A DNA stretch of 64,000 nucleotides from an uncultured Pleurocapsa sp. (GCA_964614405.1 CAZTLS010000012.1:1678-65677); one strand, 5' to 3'; shown: positions 39,952-50,264, counted from the first letter of the stretch. The notes: generated by a model from the letters alone, not told the origin. Numbers and translations are program-made.

Positions 39952-40785
39952 ATGGGTTACTGGGGCTGGCGTCCGCTCGTCTGCGGCGTGTTCATGAGTA
40001 CATGGATCACGGGATGCACTATCGTCGCCAGCACGGATGCGCCGATGGGCACAGCGACCCCCTACCCGCCGATCACGCTGATTTCCGGGCGATTGCCCGA
40101 TCCCACCGCGCCCCCGTCTGGCGGCGCGCGCCCGCTCAGCCTGTCGCCCGTGCCGCCCGTCGCTGCGGGCGATCTCCGCGTCAGCCCGCCGGTCTGTTAT
40201 GAGACGGGGGAACGGCTCGTCTGCCTGGGCATGGTCAGCAACGCGGGCGAGACGACCAGCGGACGGGTGATCGTCGATCTGCTGCTGGAGGGGACGGACG
40301 ATGCCGGGGAAGCGGTGGCGCTGCGCGGCGCGGCAGCGATCGACCAGACGATCCTGCCCGCCGGGGCGGATGCGCCCTACAGCATTAGCCTGATCAGCCG
40401 CATTCGCCCGGAATCGCTGACGCGCGCGCAGGTGTCGCTGCGCGCCGGCGCGGAGAGCGTCCCGCCGCTGCTGACGACGCTGCGGGTCGATGAGGTGATG
40501 TGGCATGTATATGACGACGGGCTGCGCTGGCAGGTGGCGGGGCAGGCGGTCAACACCGGGAATGATGCGGTGCGCCCGGTGCGGCTGGTCTCGGTGCTGC
40601 TGGACGCGACCGATCGCGTACTGGGCTACCGGGTGATCGCGCTGAACGACATGGAGGCGCTGCCGCCTGGCGCGGCGCGGGCGATCACGGCGGATGTGTT
40701 CAGCGTGGCGCGCCCGCCTGCTGAAGGGGTGCGCGCCACACTGCATGTGGAGGGCGAGGTGATCGGGCTTACCCGGCGTCGATGA
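39952..40785 (+). CDS. Exported protein with two FxLYD-like domains
   Basis: Signal/lipobox ITGC; GMVSNAG..VIVDLL and GQAVNTG..LVSVLLDATDRVLG repeats. Confidence 0.65.
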   Translation: MGYWGWRPLVCGVFMSTWITGCTIVASTDAPMGTATPYPPITLISGRLPDPTAPPSGGARPLSLSPVPPVAAGDLRVSPPVCYETGERLVCLGMVSNAGETTSGRVIVDLLLEGTDDAGEAVALRGAAAIDQTILPAGADAPYSISLISRIRPESLTRAQVSLRAGAESVPPLLTTLRVDEVMWHVYDDGLRWQVAGQAVNTGNDAVRPVRLVSVLLDATDRVLGYRVIALNDMEALPPGAARAITADVFSVARPPAEGVRATLHVEGEVIGLTRRR

Positions 40786-41497
40786 GCGTGCCGACGCTCA
40801 TATCGCCGAAGACCGCATCGATCAGGTCGGTCTTCGACCAGAAATTCAGCACCAGGATGGGCATGTTGTTTTCACGGCACATGGTGAAGGCGGTCATGTC
40901 CATGACGCCGAGGTTGGCGGCGATGACGTCATCGTAGCTCAGGTGGGCGTGGCGCACCGCGTCGGCGAACTTCTTCGGGTCTTTGTCGTATACGCCATCG
41001 ACTTTGGTGGCTTTGATGACGATCTCCGCGCCGACCTCCATCGCGCGCAGGGCGGCGGCGGTGTCGGTGGTGAAGTAGGGGTTGCCCGTTCCGCCGGCGA
41101 TGATCACCACGCGCCCCTTTTCCATGTGGCGGATGGCGCGTCCGCGAATGTACGGCTCGGCGACGGCATTCATGGCGATAGCGGTCTGCACGCGCGTCTC
41201 GACGTTGAGATGGCGCAGGGCGTCCTGAAGCGCCAGCCCGTTCATGACGGTGGCGATCATGCCGATCTGGTCGGCGGTGCTTTGATCCATGCCCTTGCTC
41301 GCGCCCTGCTTGCCGCGCCACAGATTGCCCCCGCCGATGACGAGGGTGATCTGGATGCCCAGGTCATGCACCGCTTTGACGCGCGCGGCGATCTCGGCGG
41401 CGGCTGCCGGGTCGATGCCGCTGCCGCTTTCGCCGCCCATCACTTCACCGCTCATCTTCAGCACGATCCGCTTGTAACGCGGCACACGGTCGGTCAT
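40769..41497 (-). CDS. pyrH: UMP kinase
   Basis: KMSGE, VIGGGNLWRG, ADQIGMIAT, GTGNPYFTTDTAA, KATKVDGVYDKDP. Confidence 0.97.
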   Translation of the reverse strand: MTDRVPRYKRIVLKMSGEVMGGESGSGIDPAAAAEIAARVKAVHDLGIQITLVIGGGNLWRGKQGASKGMDQSTADQIGMIATVMNGLALQDALRHLNVETRVQTAIAMNAVAEPYIRGRAIRHMEKGRVVIIAGGTGNPYFTTDTAAALRAMEVGAEIVIKATKVDGVYDKDPKKFADAVRHAHLSYDDVIAANLGVMDMTAFTMCRENNMPILVLNFWSKTDLIDAVFGDMSVGTLIDAG

Positions 41498-41617
41498 CGC
41501 CTCATCTCTCCTTGTTCAGAAAAAACTGCGCCACAGGCGCCGGGCAAAAAAAGAGGGACTAGCCGAATGGCTAATCCCCCGAAAGGGCAGCGAAGTCTGA
41601 ACGGCGCGGGGCGCAGG

Positions 41618-42262
<645 letters not shown>

Positions 42263-42270
42263 GCTGCTGT

Positions 42271-43116
42271 TTACTCCTCAGTATCGGTATCGTCGAACAA
42301 CCGCGCGTTATTGACCCTGGCGAGCGTGGACGTGCCCATCAGGTTTGCATCATCTTCCTCGTCCGCATACTTGTCGAAGAATTCGGCATCGGCGGCACTG
42401 GTGGCGCTGGTGTCAGCAGCGGCGGCATTGCGAAGCTGCGCGCCCTCGATGGCGGCATCTGCCAGCGCGCCCAGCAGCAGCTTGACAGCGCGCACGGCGT
42501 CGTCATTGGCGGGGATGATGTAGTCGATCGTATCGGGGTCACTGTTGGTGTCCGCCAGCGCCATGACCGGGATTTTGAGGGTATTGGCTTCCTTGACGGC
42601 GGTCGCTTCACGGCGGGTATCGACCACGATCAGCAGGTCGGGCAGCTTCTTCATGTTGCGGATGCCGCCAAGACGCTCCTGCATCTTCTCGATCTTACGA
42701 CCGAGGATCAGCCCTTCCTTCTTGCTCAGCATCTCGAATTCGCCCGCTTCGCGGCGCTTTTCGAGCTTCTTGAACGTCTCCAGACGGTCACGGATGGTGC
42801 GCCAGTTGGTCAGCGTGCCGCCCAGCCAGCGGGTGTTCACGTAGGGCATCCCGCAGCGGTCGGCTTCGCTGGCGACGGCTTCCTGCGCCTGGCGCTTCGT
42901 GCCGACGAACAGGATCGTGCCGCCTGCCTGCACCATATCGCGGATCATGTCGTAAAACTGGTTGAGGTTGACGATCGTCTGCTGAAGGTCGATGATGTGG
43001 ATGCCGTTGCGTTCGGTATAGATGTACGGCTTCATCTTGGGGTTCCATTTGGTCGTGCGATGACCGAAATGGACGCCCGTCTCCAGCAGCGCCTTCACTG
43101 TCACGGAAGATGGCAT
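42271..43116 (-). CDS. rpsB: 30S ribosomal protein S2
   Basis: LLETGVHFGH..KWNPKM, FVGTKRQA, RWLGGTLTN, DTNSDP, PANDDA. Confidence 0.98.
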   Translation of the reverse strand: MPSSVTVKALLETGVHFGHRTTKWNPKMKPYIYTERNGIHIIDLQQTIVNLNQFYDMIRDMVQAGGTILFVGTKRQAQEAVASEADRCGMPYVNTRWLGGTLTNWRTIRDRLETFKKLEKRREAGEFEMLSKKEGLILGRKIEKMQERLGGIRNMKKLPDLLIVVDTRREATAVKEANTLKIPVMALADTNSDPDTIDYIIPANDDAVRAVKLLLGALADAAIEGAQLRNAAAADTSATSAADAEFFDKYADEEDDANLMGTSTLARVNNARLFDDTDTEE

Positions 43117-43129
43117 GGGTACAGCTCCT

Positions 43130-43230
43130 TGAAATGGTGTGTTTGATCGTTCACGCCCTTCAACCCCGGTGGTTCACGCCGCAGGGCGCAACACGCCGCC
43201 GGGTCCAGACGTGTGAGGATAAAAACGGTC
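43130..43230 (-). promoter_or_regulatory. Putative rpsB leader (S2 autoregulatory RNA)
   Basis: On the minus strand: CACACG, then CCCGG...CCGGGG stem, upstream of the AAGGAG RBS of rpsB; boundaries approximate. Confidence 0.45.
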
Positions 43231-43302
43231 TGCATTTCAGACCGCGCGGTATCATATCATTTCCCCCCCAGCCGCATCAATCCGCAAATGTGTCGTGCGC
43301 GA

Positions 43303-44229
43303 TCACAGCGTCAGTGGGCGCAGGTGATCGCGGGCATAGACGAGGCGTTCGTCAAAGTCGGCGCGCGCGGGCAGGTGATCGGGAATGCCGAACTGTTCGA
43401 GCATGAAGCTGGCAGCTGCCGCCCCTGCTGCTGCGGCATCTGCCATGCCGTCATCGAGGCGCGCCAGGAATGCGCCGCAGAAGGCGTTGCCCGCCCCGGT
43501 GGGATCGATCAGTTTCAACGGAGGCAGGGCGGGTACGCTGAAGCCCTGTACTCCGCCGCGAAAATCCCACACTTCCGCGCCGATCTCCCCTTTACGCAGC
43601 GCCAGCATCCGGCAGCCCACGTCGGCAAAGGCGCGAATGATGCGGTCGTGATCGTCGCTGCCCACCAAACCCGCTGCTTCGCTGACCGAAGGGGAGAAGA
43701 CGGTCGCTGCGCCCACCAGCGCGCTCAGCGCATCGGGGGTGAGCGGCGCATCGGGCGGGCGAAAGGTCTCCAGGCTGATGTGCGCCCCGCTCGCCGCAAA
43801 TGCCGCAGCCTGTTCGAGCGGCGGATTTTCCGGGTGCAGCCCCCAGTGAAAGCCGCGCGCGCCCCGGTAGGCGGCGGGCAGGGCATCGAGCGCCGCCTCG
43901 TACACGGTCGTCCCGCTGGGCGGCGGCACGCGCCAGATGTGGCGGCGATTGCCCGCTTCGTCGAAATGCTGCCAGGCGCGCGGGGTGGCGTCGAGCGTCG
44001 TCTGCACGCCGCTCAAGTCGATGCCGGCGTTGATCAGCGGGGCGAGCAGCGCCGGCGTGCAGTCCGCACCGACGACCGCGCACAGCCCGACCGACTCGCC
44101 GCCCCCAAGCGCCGCTGCCATGCCCCATGCGGTCTGCACCCCGCCCCCGCCCAGCATCCCCTGCATGATCATCGCGCCGGGCAGCACGATGTCGTCCAGC
44201 ACAATGCCAAAACTCACATACGCGATCAT
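43303..44229 (-). CDS. PfkB family carbohydrate kinase
   Basis: GGGGVQTA, FSPSVSEA, LRKGEIGA, DPTGAGNAFCGAF. Confidence 0.88.
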   Translation of the reverse strand: MIAYVSFGIVLDDIVLPGAMIMQGMLGGGGVQTAWGMAAALGGGESVGLCAVVGADCTPALLAPLINAGIDLSGVQTTLDATPRAWQHFDEAGNRRHIWRVPPPSGTTVYEAALDALPAAYRGARGFHWGLHPENPPLEQAAAFAASGAHISLETFRPPDAPLTPDALSALVGAATVFSPSVSEAAGLVGSDDHDRIIRAFADVGCRMLALRKGEIGAEVWDFRGGVQGFSVPALPPLKLIDPTGAGNAFCGAFLARLDDGMADAAAAGAAAASFMLEQFGIPDHLPARADFDERLVYARDHLRPLTL

Positions 44230-44421
44230 GGGTTCATAGTCCGATCTGTTGCCAGCCCACCTGTGCTCATTATGCCAGCCCAGCGGCGCATCAGGAAGGC
44301 GAACGATACGACCTGCAAGCCCGGAATGCGCGCACATCAGTCTGTCATTTGATCCCCCCACAGGCGCGCGCTATACTTGTTTGTAAGCAGTTTCACAAAT
44401 ACATCCCGGAGAACCGCGCTT

Positions 44422-45093
44422 ATGACCCTGCGTCTCGTTCGTTCGTTCAGCCTGTCCCTGCTCGTCGCCGCTGGCGCGCTGCTGATCAGCGCGTGTGGCA
44501 CAGTTGCCACGCCGGAGTGGGCTGCCGATGCCCAGGCGACCCGTGTCGCTCAGGTCTCCACCAGCGAGTACCTGACCTCGATCGCCCCGACCAACACGCC
44601 GACCAACACGCCGATCCCGACGGCGACCCGCATCCCGCCGACCAATACCCCGCTCCCGCCGACGGCGACCCCTGTCCCGCCGACCGCCACGCCGATCCCG
44701 CCGACCAATACGCCCGAGCCGACGATGCCCCCCGCCGCCGCACAGGGCGGTCAGCCGAGCGGCAACCCGGAGGCAGGGCGCGTGGTGTTCAATCAGACGT
44801 ATGTCACCTCATCGGGTGGCTGGGCATGTTCGCTGTGCCATTCCGTGTCGCCGGACGGTCTGCGGCTGATCGGACCTGGCTTGTGGAACATCGCCATCAC
44901 CGGGGAGACGCGCGTCGCCGGGCAGAATGCCTATGACTACATCCACACCTCGATCGTCGCGCCCAACGAGTACATCGTCCCGGCGGATGCGGGCGGTCCC
45001 TACCCGCCTGGGCTGATGCCGCAGAACTACGCCGAAGTGCTGAGCGAGCAGGAACTGGAAGACGTCATCGCCTACCTGTTCACGCTGCGCTGA
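44422..45093 (+). CDS. Monoheme c-type cytochrome lipoprotein with Thr/Pro linker
   Basis: Lipobox ISAC, PTNTP/PTATP repeats, heme motif CSLCH, distal Met in LMPQNY, DVIAYLFTL. Confidence 0.9.
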   Translation: MTLRLVRSFSLSLLVAAGALLISACGTVATPEWAADAQATRVAQVSTSEYLTSIAPTNTPTNTPIPTATRIPPTNTPLPPTATPVPPTATPIPPTNTPEPTMPPAAAQGGQPSGNPEAGRVVFNQTYVTSSGGWACSLCHSVSPDGLRLIGPGLWNIAITGETRVAGQNAYDYIHTSIVAPNEYIVPADAGGPYPPGLMPQNYAEVLSEQELEDVIAYLFTLR

Positions 45094-45227
45094 CCTCACC
45101 CCGGACCTCACCCCGTTAACCGCCCGACCTCACCCCGTTTCGCTGCGCTCAACCGCCCCTCTCCATCGGAGAGGGGCAGGAAACCGCCAGGTTTCCGGGG
45201 TGAGGTCGGGGTGAGGTCGGGGTGAGG
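45093..45227. repeat. 80-bp palindromic repeat copy 3 (core 45127-45206) with two extra terminal-repeat copies on each side
   Basis: ACCTCACCCC at 45093, 45105 and 45127; GGGGTGAGG at 45197, 45208 and 45219. Confidence 0.9.
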
Positions 45228-45266
45228 CTGAAGCGACGTCAGAGTGGTCTGGCAGATTCGTCCCGG

Positions 45267-47762
45267 TCAATCCCGCCGCCAGAAGAAGAGCAGGCGGCGC
45301 AGGAAGCGGGAGAGGATCGTCCCGCGTGCCGACTCCCAGGCGTCATCCGCCGTGCGCTGCGTCTGAGCGCGGGACACGCGCCGTCCGCCGTAGCGTTCGC
45401 GCGTGTACAGGCGGGTGATGGCGGTGATCGGGGCTTCGGCAGCGGGCAGTGCGCGCACGATGCGGACGCGCCGTTCCTCCGGCGTGCTGGTCGGCTCTGG
45501 CTTGAAGCCCACGAGCGCGGCATAGCGCATCAGGCGGGCGTAGGCGCGCGAGATCGGGCTTAAGCCGCGCATCCCGCGCCATTCCCACCACCAGTAGAGG
45601 ATCGCCAGCAGCAGCACGATCAGCAGGATGAGCAGCAGCAGCGCTGCCAGCGCGATGATGGCGGGCAGCAGCGCGCCGAACGGGTTGTCGAGATCGGGAT
45701 TGGGCGGCGTTGGCGGCAGCGGAGGCGGCACGGTGGGCTGCACGAACGGCGTCGGCGTGGGCGTCGGTTCGGGCGTGGCGGTCAGCGACGAGAACGGGTC
45801 AGGCGTTGCGCCTGGCGGCGGGGGGAGGGTGGGCGTGCTGGTCGGCGTGGGCGTCGGCGTGCTGGTCGGCATGGAAGTCGGCGTGATGACGACCTCGCCC
45901 TGACGGTTGGCGTCGCTTTGCGGGGTGAGCGGCGGCTGGGCGGCGGTCGGCTCGAACTCGACCCAGCCATAGCCTGGGAAGTAGACCTCGACCCAGGTGT
46001 GCGCGTCGCGTTCGCGCACGACGAACACCCCGCGCACCGGGTCGTACTGCCCCTGAGCGAAGCCGGCAGCCATGCGCGCCGGGATGCCCAGGCTGCGAAG
46101 CATGACGACCATCGCCGAGGCATAGTAGTTGCAGTAGCCCTCACGATGGGTGAAGAGGAACCAATCGACGGCATCCTGACCGATCGGCGGCTGGGGGATG
46201 GTCTCGTTGTAGCGCATGTTCTGGCGCAGCCACGTCTCGATTGCGACGGCGCGATCGTAAGGCGTGGTGGCGTTGGCAGCGCGCACGATGTCGTTGGCGA
46301 GCTGGATGGTGCGCGCGCTGACGGAGGGCAGGTAACTGTTGTAGAGTTCGCGCACCCACGCGGGGTAGCGATCGCCCGCCGCGCGCAGTTGATCCGGCTG
46401 GGCGGTGCTGACGAGGCTGGTGGCGCGGTAGGACTCGCCGCGCGTCAGCACGCGCAGCGGGCGGATGACCGAGATGTGCATGTTGGTATCGACGAGGTTG
46501 TCATCCGGCGTGAAGCGCAGATCGGTGCGGGTGGGCAGGTCGATGCTGAGCGGCTGCGGCGCGGTGTAGAGGATTTGCGTGCCGCTCATCGCCAGGGTGA
46601 AAATCTGGTTGACGGCGGTGCGCGCGCCGGGCAGGTACGTCTCGTGTTCGATGAGCAGCGGCGGCTGGGTATCGGTCAGACGGGTATCGGGCAGCGACGA
46701 CCAGCGCCCGTTGTCGTACACGTCGAAGCTGCGCGATTTCCAGTAGTAGCGGCGGTCGGGCGGAGCGGAGACGAGCAGCACCGGCTGATCGCCCAGGCGC
46801 ACCGCGCCGCCGAGCGTCATGTTGTCGCTGCCGTAGTACTCGGAGGTGGCGGGACCGGTCACATCAGCGCTGGCGAACAGGCGGTTCCACAGTTCGGCGA
46901 GCTGCACCAGCGCGTCGCCCTGCATCGCTTCCTGAAACTGCTGCAGGCGCGTCTCGATGTCGCGCTGGGGGATCGACCAGGCGAATGTGCCGACCAGCAG
47001 GGCGAAGAGCGCGCCCAGCGCGAGGAACTGCCAGCGCAGGCGGCGCGGCGCGCGCACCTGATGGATGTACCACTCCCATTCGCGCGCTTCCAGCGTCGAG
47101 CGCACCAGCAGCAGCAGCACCAGAAAGAAGAAGACGATCAGGAAAATATCCAGGCTGCGCGTGCCGACGTAATAGATGTGGTTGGTGAGCAGCACGATCG
47201 CCAGCGGCAGCACCCCGCGCCACACGCGGTCGATGCGGAAGATGTGCCAGACCGCGTTGAAGCCCAGAAACCAGAACAGGCTGGACATGATCAGGGTGAA
47301 GACCAGCGGATCCTGATTGATCCCCCCGGCGAGCGCGTCGTACACCCATTCGCCCAGCCGGACGAAGGTGTCGAGCAGCGCCGCGCCCAGCGGACGCGGT
47401 TCGTACAGCGCGGTGATGACCAGGGTGAACACCCCGCCGTAGACCACGCTGATCAGCAGGCAGAGGATTTCTCCGTACTGGCTGCGCGCCAGCAGGAAGC
47501 TGAAGAGCGTACTCAGCACGATGACCGGGAACGCCACGCGCAGATCGACCATCCAGCCGGCGGCGTTGAGCGCCAGCAGCGGCGTCAGCGTCAGCCCGGC
47601 GGCGACCAGCAGCATGATCACATCGCTGAGGGAAAAGGTATGCCGCAGCCCGTCACTCAGGCGGGTGAAGAAGCGCCCCAGGCGCGCCTGCGGGGAAAAA
47701 GCGTGAGTTGTCATCCGTTGCGTTTGTATTCCTGCATATGAACGGTGGCTGCCCGATGACAT
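45267..47762 (-). CDS. Membrane transglutaminase-like protein (TgpA family; DUF3488 + transglutaminase + DUF4129)
   Basis: TM N-terminus, YYWKSRSFDVY, GYCNYYASAMVVMLRSLGIPAR, AHTWVEVYFPGYGWVEFEPT, ITRLYTRERYG. Confidence 0.92.
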   Translation of the reverse strand: MSSGSHRSYAGIQTQRMTTHAFSPQARLGRFFTRLSDGLRHTFSLSDVIMLLVAAGLTLTPLLALNAAGWMVDLRVAFPVIVLSTLFSFLLARSQYGEILCLLISVVYGGVFTLVITALYEPRPLGAALLDTFVRLGEWVYDALAGGINQDPLVFTLIMSSLFWFLGFNAVWHIFRIDRVWRGVLPLAIVLLTNHIYYVGTRSLDIFLIVFFFLVLLLLVRSTLEAREWEWYIHQVRAPRRLRWQFLALGALFALLVGTFAWSIPQRDIETRLQQFQEAMQGDALVQLAELWNRLFASADVTGPATSEYYGSDNMTLGGAVRLGDQPVLLVSAPPDRRYYWKSRSFDVYDNGRWSSLPDTRLTDTQPPLLIEHETYLPGARTAVNQIFTLAMSGTQILYTAPQPLSIDLPTRTDLRFTPDDNLVDTNMHISVIRPLRVLTRGESYRATSLVSTAQPDQLRAAGDRYPAWVRELYNSYLPSVSARTIQLANDIVRAANATTPYDRAVAIETWLRQNMRYNETIPQPPIGQDAVDWFLFTHREGYCNYYASAMVVMLRSLGIPARMAAGFAQGQYDPVRGVFVVRERDAHTWVEVYFPGYGWVEFEPTAAQPPLTPQSDANRQGEVVITPTSMPTSTPTPTPTSTPTLPPPPGATPDPFSSLTATPEPTPTPTPFVQPTVPPPLPPTPPNPDLDNPFGALLPAIIALAALLLLILLIVLLLAILYWWWEWRGMRGLSPISRAYARLMRYAALVGFKPEPTSTPEERRVRIVRALPAAEAPITAITRLYTRERYGGRRVSRAQTQRTADDAWESARGTILSRFLRRLLFFWRRD

Positions 47763-47847
47763 CTGAACAGCATTTCGATTGTAATGGCGCGCGCGGTGCA
47801 GGACAACCGCCGCATTGCTGACGTTCGCCCGATCACAGGAACAGGTA

Positions 47848-47856
47848 TGCTATACT
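47848..47856 (+). promoter_or_regulatory. Extended -10 promoter of rnpB
   Basis: TG-C-TATACT 8 nt before the RNase P RNA 5' end. Confidence 0.65.
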
Positions 47857-47864
47857 AAACAGGT

Positions 47865-48241
47865 GTTCAAGCGCGCCAGGTGATCGCGGTTCGGCATTGC
47901 CGGGCTGAGGAAAGTCCGCACTCCACAGGGCACGGTGCTGGCTAACCGCCAGGCGGAGCGATCCGACGGCAGAGTGCAACAGAGAACAGAGTGCCGACGC
48001 GGCGGGGGCGCACCCCGCTGCGGGCGAGGGTGAAAAGGTGGTGTAAGAGACCACCAGCGCGATCAGCGATGGTCGCGGCTGGGCAAACCCCACCGGGAGC
48101 AAGGTCAAGCAGGCGCAATGGGGCTGCCCGTCCCGCGCCGGGTAGACTGCACGATGCGCGCAGCAATGCGCGTACCAGAGAGATGATCACCCCGTCCGCT
48201 TCGGCGGGCGGACAGAATGCGGCTTATCGGCGGGCTTGAAC
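47865..48241 (+). ncRNA. rnpB: RNase P RNA (bacterial type A)
   Basis: GAGGAAAGTCC, AGTGCAACAGA, GGGTGAAA.GGTGGTGTAAGAGACCACC, GGGCAAACCCC, ACAGAATGCGGCTTAT; termini GTTCAAGC/GCTTGAAC pair (P1). Confidence 0.96.
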
Positions 48242-48349
48242 ACGCTTTTGCGCGCCGCGATCAGATAGCGATGTGACCGTTGCCATACCTGCAACACCTG
48301 CGCTGTACAGTGACAGCATCGTTCACTGTCAGACCGGGAAGCGGATACA

Positions 48350-49372
48350 ATGGCGGTCATCGAGCATCTGTACATCGATCAGTTCGGGGCGTTCGTGGGC
48401 AAGACGAGCGAACGCATCATCGTCACGGTCAAAGGCGAGCGCCTGGCGCAGGCTCCCCTGATCTACCTGCAAACGATCACCATCGCTTCGGACGGGGTGA
48501 GCCTCTCCAGCGACGTGGTGAGCGCGTGCAGTGAACGCGGCATCCCCCTCTTTTTCACAGACAGCATCGGGTTTCCGGTCGCCAGCTTGTATGCCGACGG
48601 GCTGAACGCCACGATCGTCACGCGGCGTGAGCAGCTCCGGGCGTATGACGATGCGCGCGGCGTGCATGTGGGCTGCGCCATCGCCGCTGGCAAGATCGAC
48701 AATCAGGCGATCACCCTGAAATATTTCGCCAAACATCGACAGCATACCCCGCACGGTGCGGCGCTGCTGAGCGCCAGCGATGCGGTGCGCGAGGCGCTGG
48801 GGCTGATCGATGCAGCGCGGTCGGCAGCGCACATCGATCAGGCGCGCCAGACGATCCTGACCGCCGAAGGCATGGCAGGGCGGGCGTACTGGGCGGCGGT
48901 GCGCCCGCTCGTCCCAGACGACTATGCCTGGGAGAGCCGGGAGACGCGCGGCGCGACCGACCCGATCAACAGCCTGCTCAACTACGGCTATGGCGTGCTG
49001 CGCAGCCACATCGAACGCGCGCTGATGTATGCCGGGCTTGACCCGTTCGGCGGCTTCATCCATGCCGATCGCCCCGGCAAGCCCAGCCTGACCCTCGACC
49101 TGATCGAGGAGTTCCGGCAAGTATGCGTCGATCGGGTGGTGATCGGGCTGGTCAACCGGCAGTTCCGCGTCGAACAGGTTGAGCAGGGCTTGCTCGCATC
49201 CGAGACGCGCCGGGCGCTCGCCGAACACCTGCTCAGCCACCTGAAAAGCACGGCACGCCACAACGGGCAGAAGCATCCGCTGGGACACATCATCCAGATG
49301 CAGGCGCGCGAACTGGCGGCGTACCTGCGCGGCAGCCGCCCGGCATATATCCCGTTCCGGGCGAGCTGGTGA
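48350..49372 (+). CDS. cas1: CRISPR-associated endonuclease Cas1
   Basis: EG..GRAYW, DPINSLLNYGY, GLDPFGGFIHADRPGKPSLTLDLIEEFR; catalytic E/H/D-E residues present. Confidence 0.96.
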   Translation: MAVIEHLYIDQFGAFVGKTSERIIVTVKGERLAQAPLIYLQTITIASDGVSLSSDVVSACSERGIPLFFTDSIGFPVASLYADGLNATIVTRREQLRAYDDARGVHVGCAIAAGKIDNQAITLKYFAKHRQHTPHGAALLSASDAVREALGLIDAARSAAHIDQARQTILTAEGMAGRAYWAAVRPLVPDDYAWESRETRGATDPINSLLNYGYGVLRSHIERALMYAGLDPFGGFIHADRPGKPSLTLDLIEEFRQVCVDRVVIGLVNRQFRVEQVEQGLLASETRRALAEHLLSHLKSTARHNGQKHPLGHIIQMQARELAAYLRGSRPAYIPFRASW

Positions 49373-49378
49373 GCGGCG

Positions 49379-49666
49379 ATGCGCGTGCTGGTGCTGTATG
49401 ACATCACCCACGACGGAGCGCGCGGCAAGGTGGTGCAGGCGTGCGAAGATTTTGGGCTGGAGCGGGTGCAGTATTCGGCATTTGCCGGGCTGCTCTCGCG
49501 TCCGCACCAGCGTGAACTGATGGCGCGCGTGCGGCATGTGATGCGTCAGAAAGTGGGCATCATCACGCTCTACCCGATCGGCAAAGACGCCTGGGAAGCG
49601 CAGATCGAGGTGCGGTGTGAGGCACAGCTGGCGGAGTCAGAGGAGGACGAAGATGGAGATGGATGA
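49379..49666 (+). CDS. cas2: CRISPR-associated endonuclease Cas2
   Basis: VLYDI..R.KV..C.DFGLERVQYSAF. Confidence 0.94.
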   Translation: MRVLVLYDITHDGARGKVVQACEDFGLERVQYSAFAGLLSRPHQRELMARVRHVMRQKVGIITLYPIGKDAWEAQIEVRCEAQLAESEEDEDGDG

Positions 49667-50243
49667 CCTCGAACGCCTGGTGACGGTGGAAGACCTGAAG
49701 CAGCACGTGTACTGTGCGCGCATCACGTGGTTCGCGCGCTGCCTGCATCGGCTGCGCCCGCGCACGCACAGCATGGAAGCGGGCAGAGACGATCACGAGG
49801 AGGCGCGCTTCAACGCCAGACGGCGATCGCTGACCGCGCTGGGTGTGGAAGACGGGGAGCGCGCGTTCGACGTGCAGGTGATCGACCGCGAACTGCGGCT
49901 GCGTGGCAAACTGGACGAGGTAGTGACGAGCGCCGCTGGCGAGATCATCCCGGTCGAATACAAAGGCGCGCGCAAACTGGCGGATCATCATCGCGTTCAG
50001 GTGGCGGCGTATGCGCTGCTGCTGGAGCGGCGATACGGCATCGCGGTGACGCGCGCGTATGTCTACCTGATCCCGCTGCGTAAGATGCGCGCCCTGACGA
50101 TCACACCGGGAGACAAGGCGCGCGTGCTGGCGATACTGGAGGTGGTGAAGGCGACGAACACGGCGGAGATGCTGCCCGCCCCGACGCCGGAACGCGAACG
50201 GTGTGCGGCGTGTGAATTCCGACGCTTCTGCAACGACGTGTAA
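49653..50243 (+). CDS. cas4: CRISPR-associated protein Cas4
   Basis: DLKQHVYCAR, RecB-like GKLD..VEYK, QVAAYALLL, C-terminal CAACEFRRFC (four Fe-S Cys in total). Confidence 0.94.
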   Translation: MEMDDLERLVTVEDLKQHVYCARITWFARCLHRLRPRTHSMEAGRDDHEEARFNARRRSLTALGVEDGERAFDVQVIDRELRLRGKLDEVVTSAAGEIIPVEYKGARKLADHHRVQVAAYALLLERRYGIAVTRAYVYLIPLRKMRALTITPGDKARVLAILEVVKATNTAEMLPAPTPERERCAACEFRRFCNDV

Positions 50244-50264
50244 GGGGTGGCAATGCCTGCCGCG

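Noticed and set aside
48242-48349. CRISPR array or leader near cas1, including the GTTGCCATACCTGCAAC palindrome at 48279-48295
   Set aside because: The motif occurs once, is only 17 nt long, and there is no regular repeat-spacer periodicity here or after cas4.
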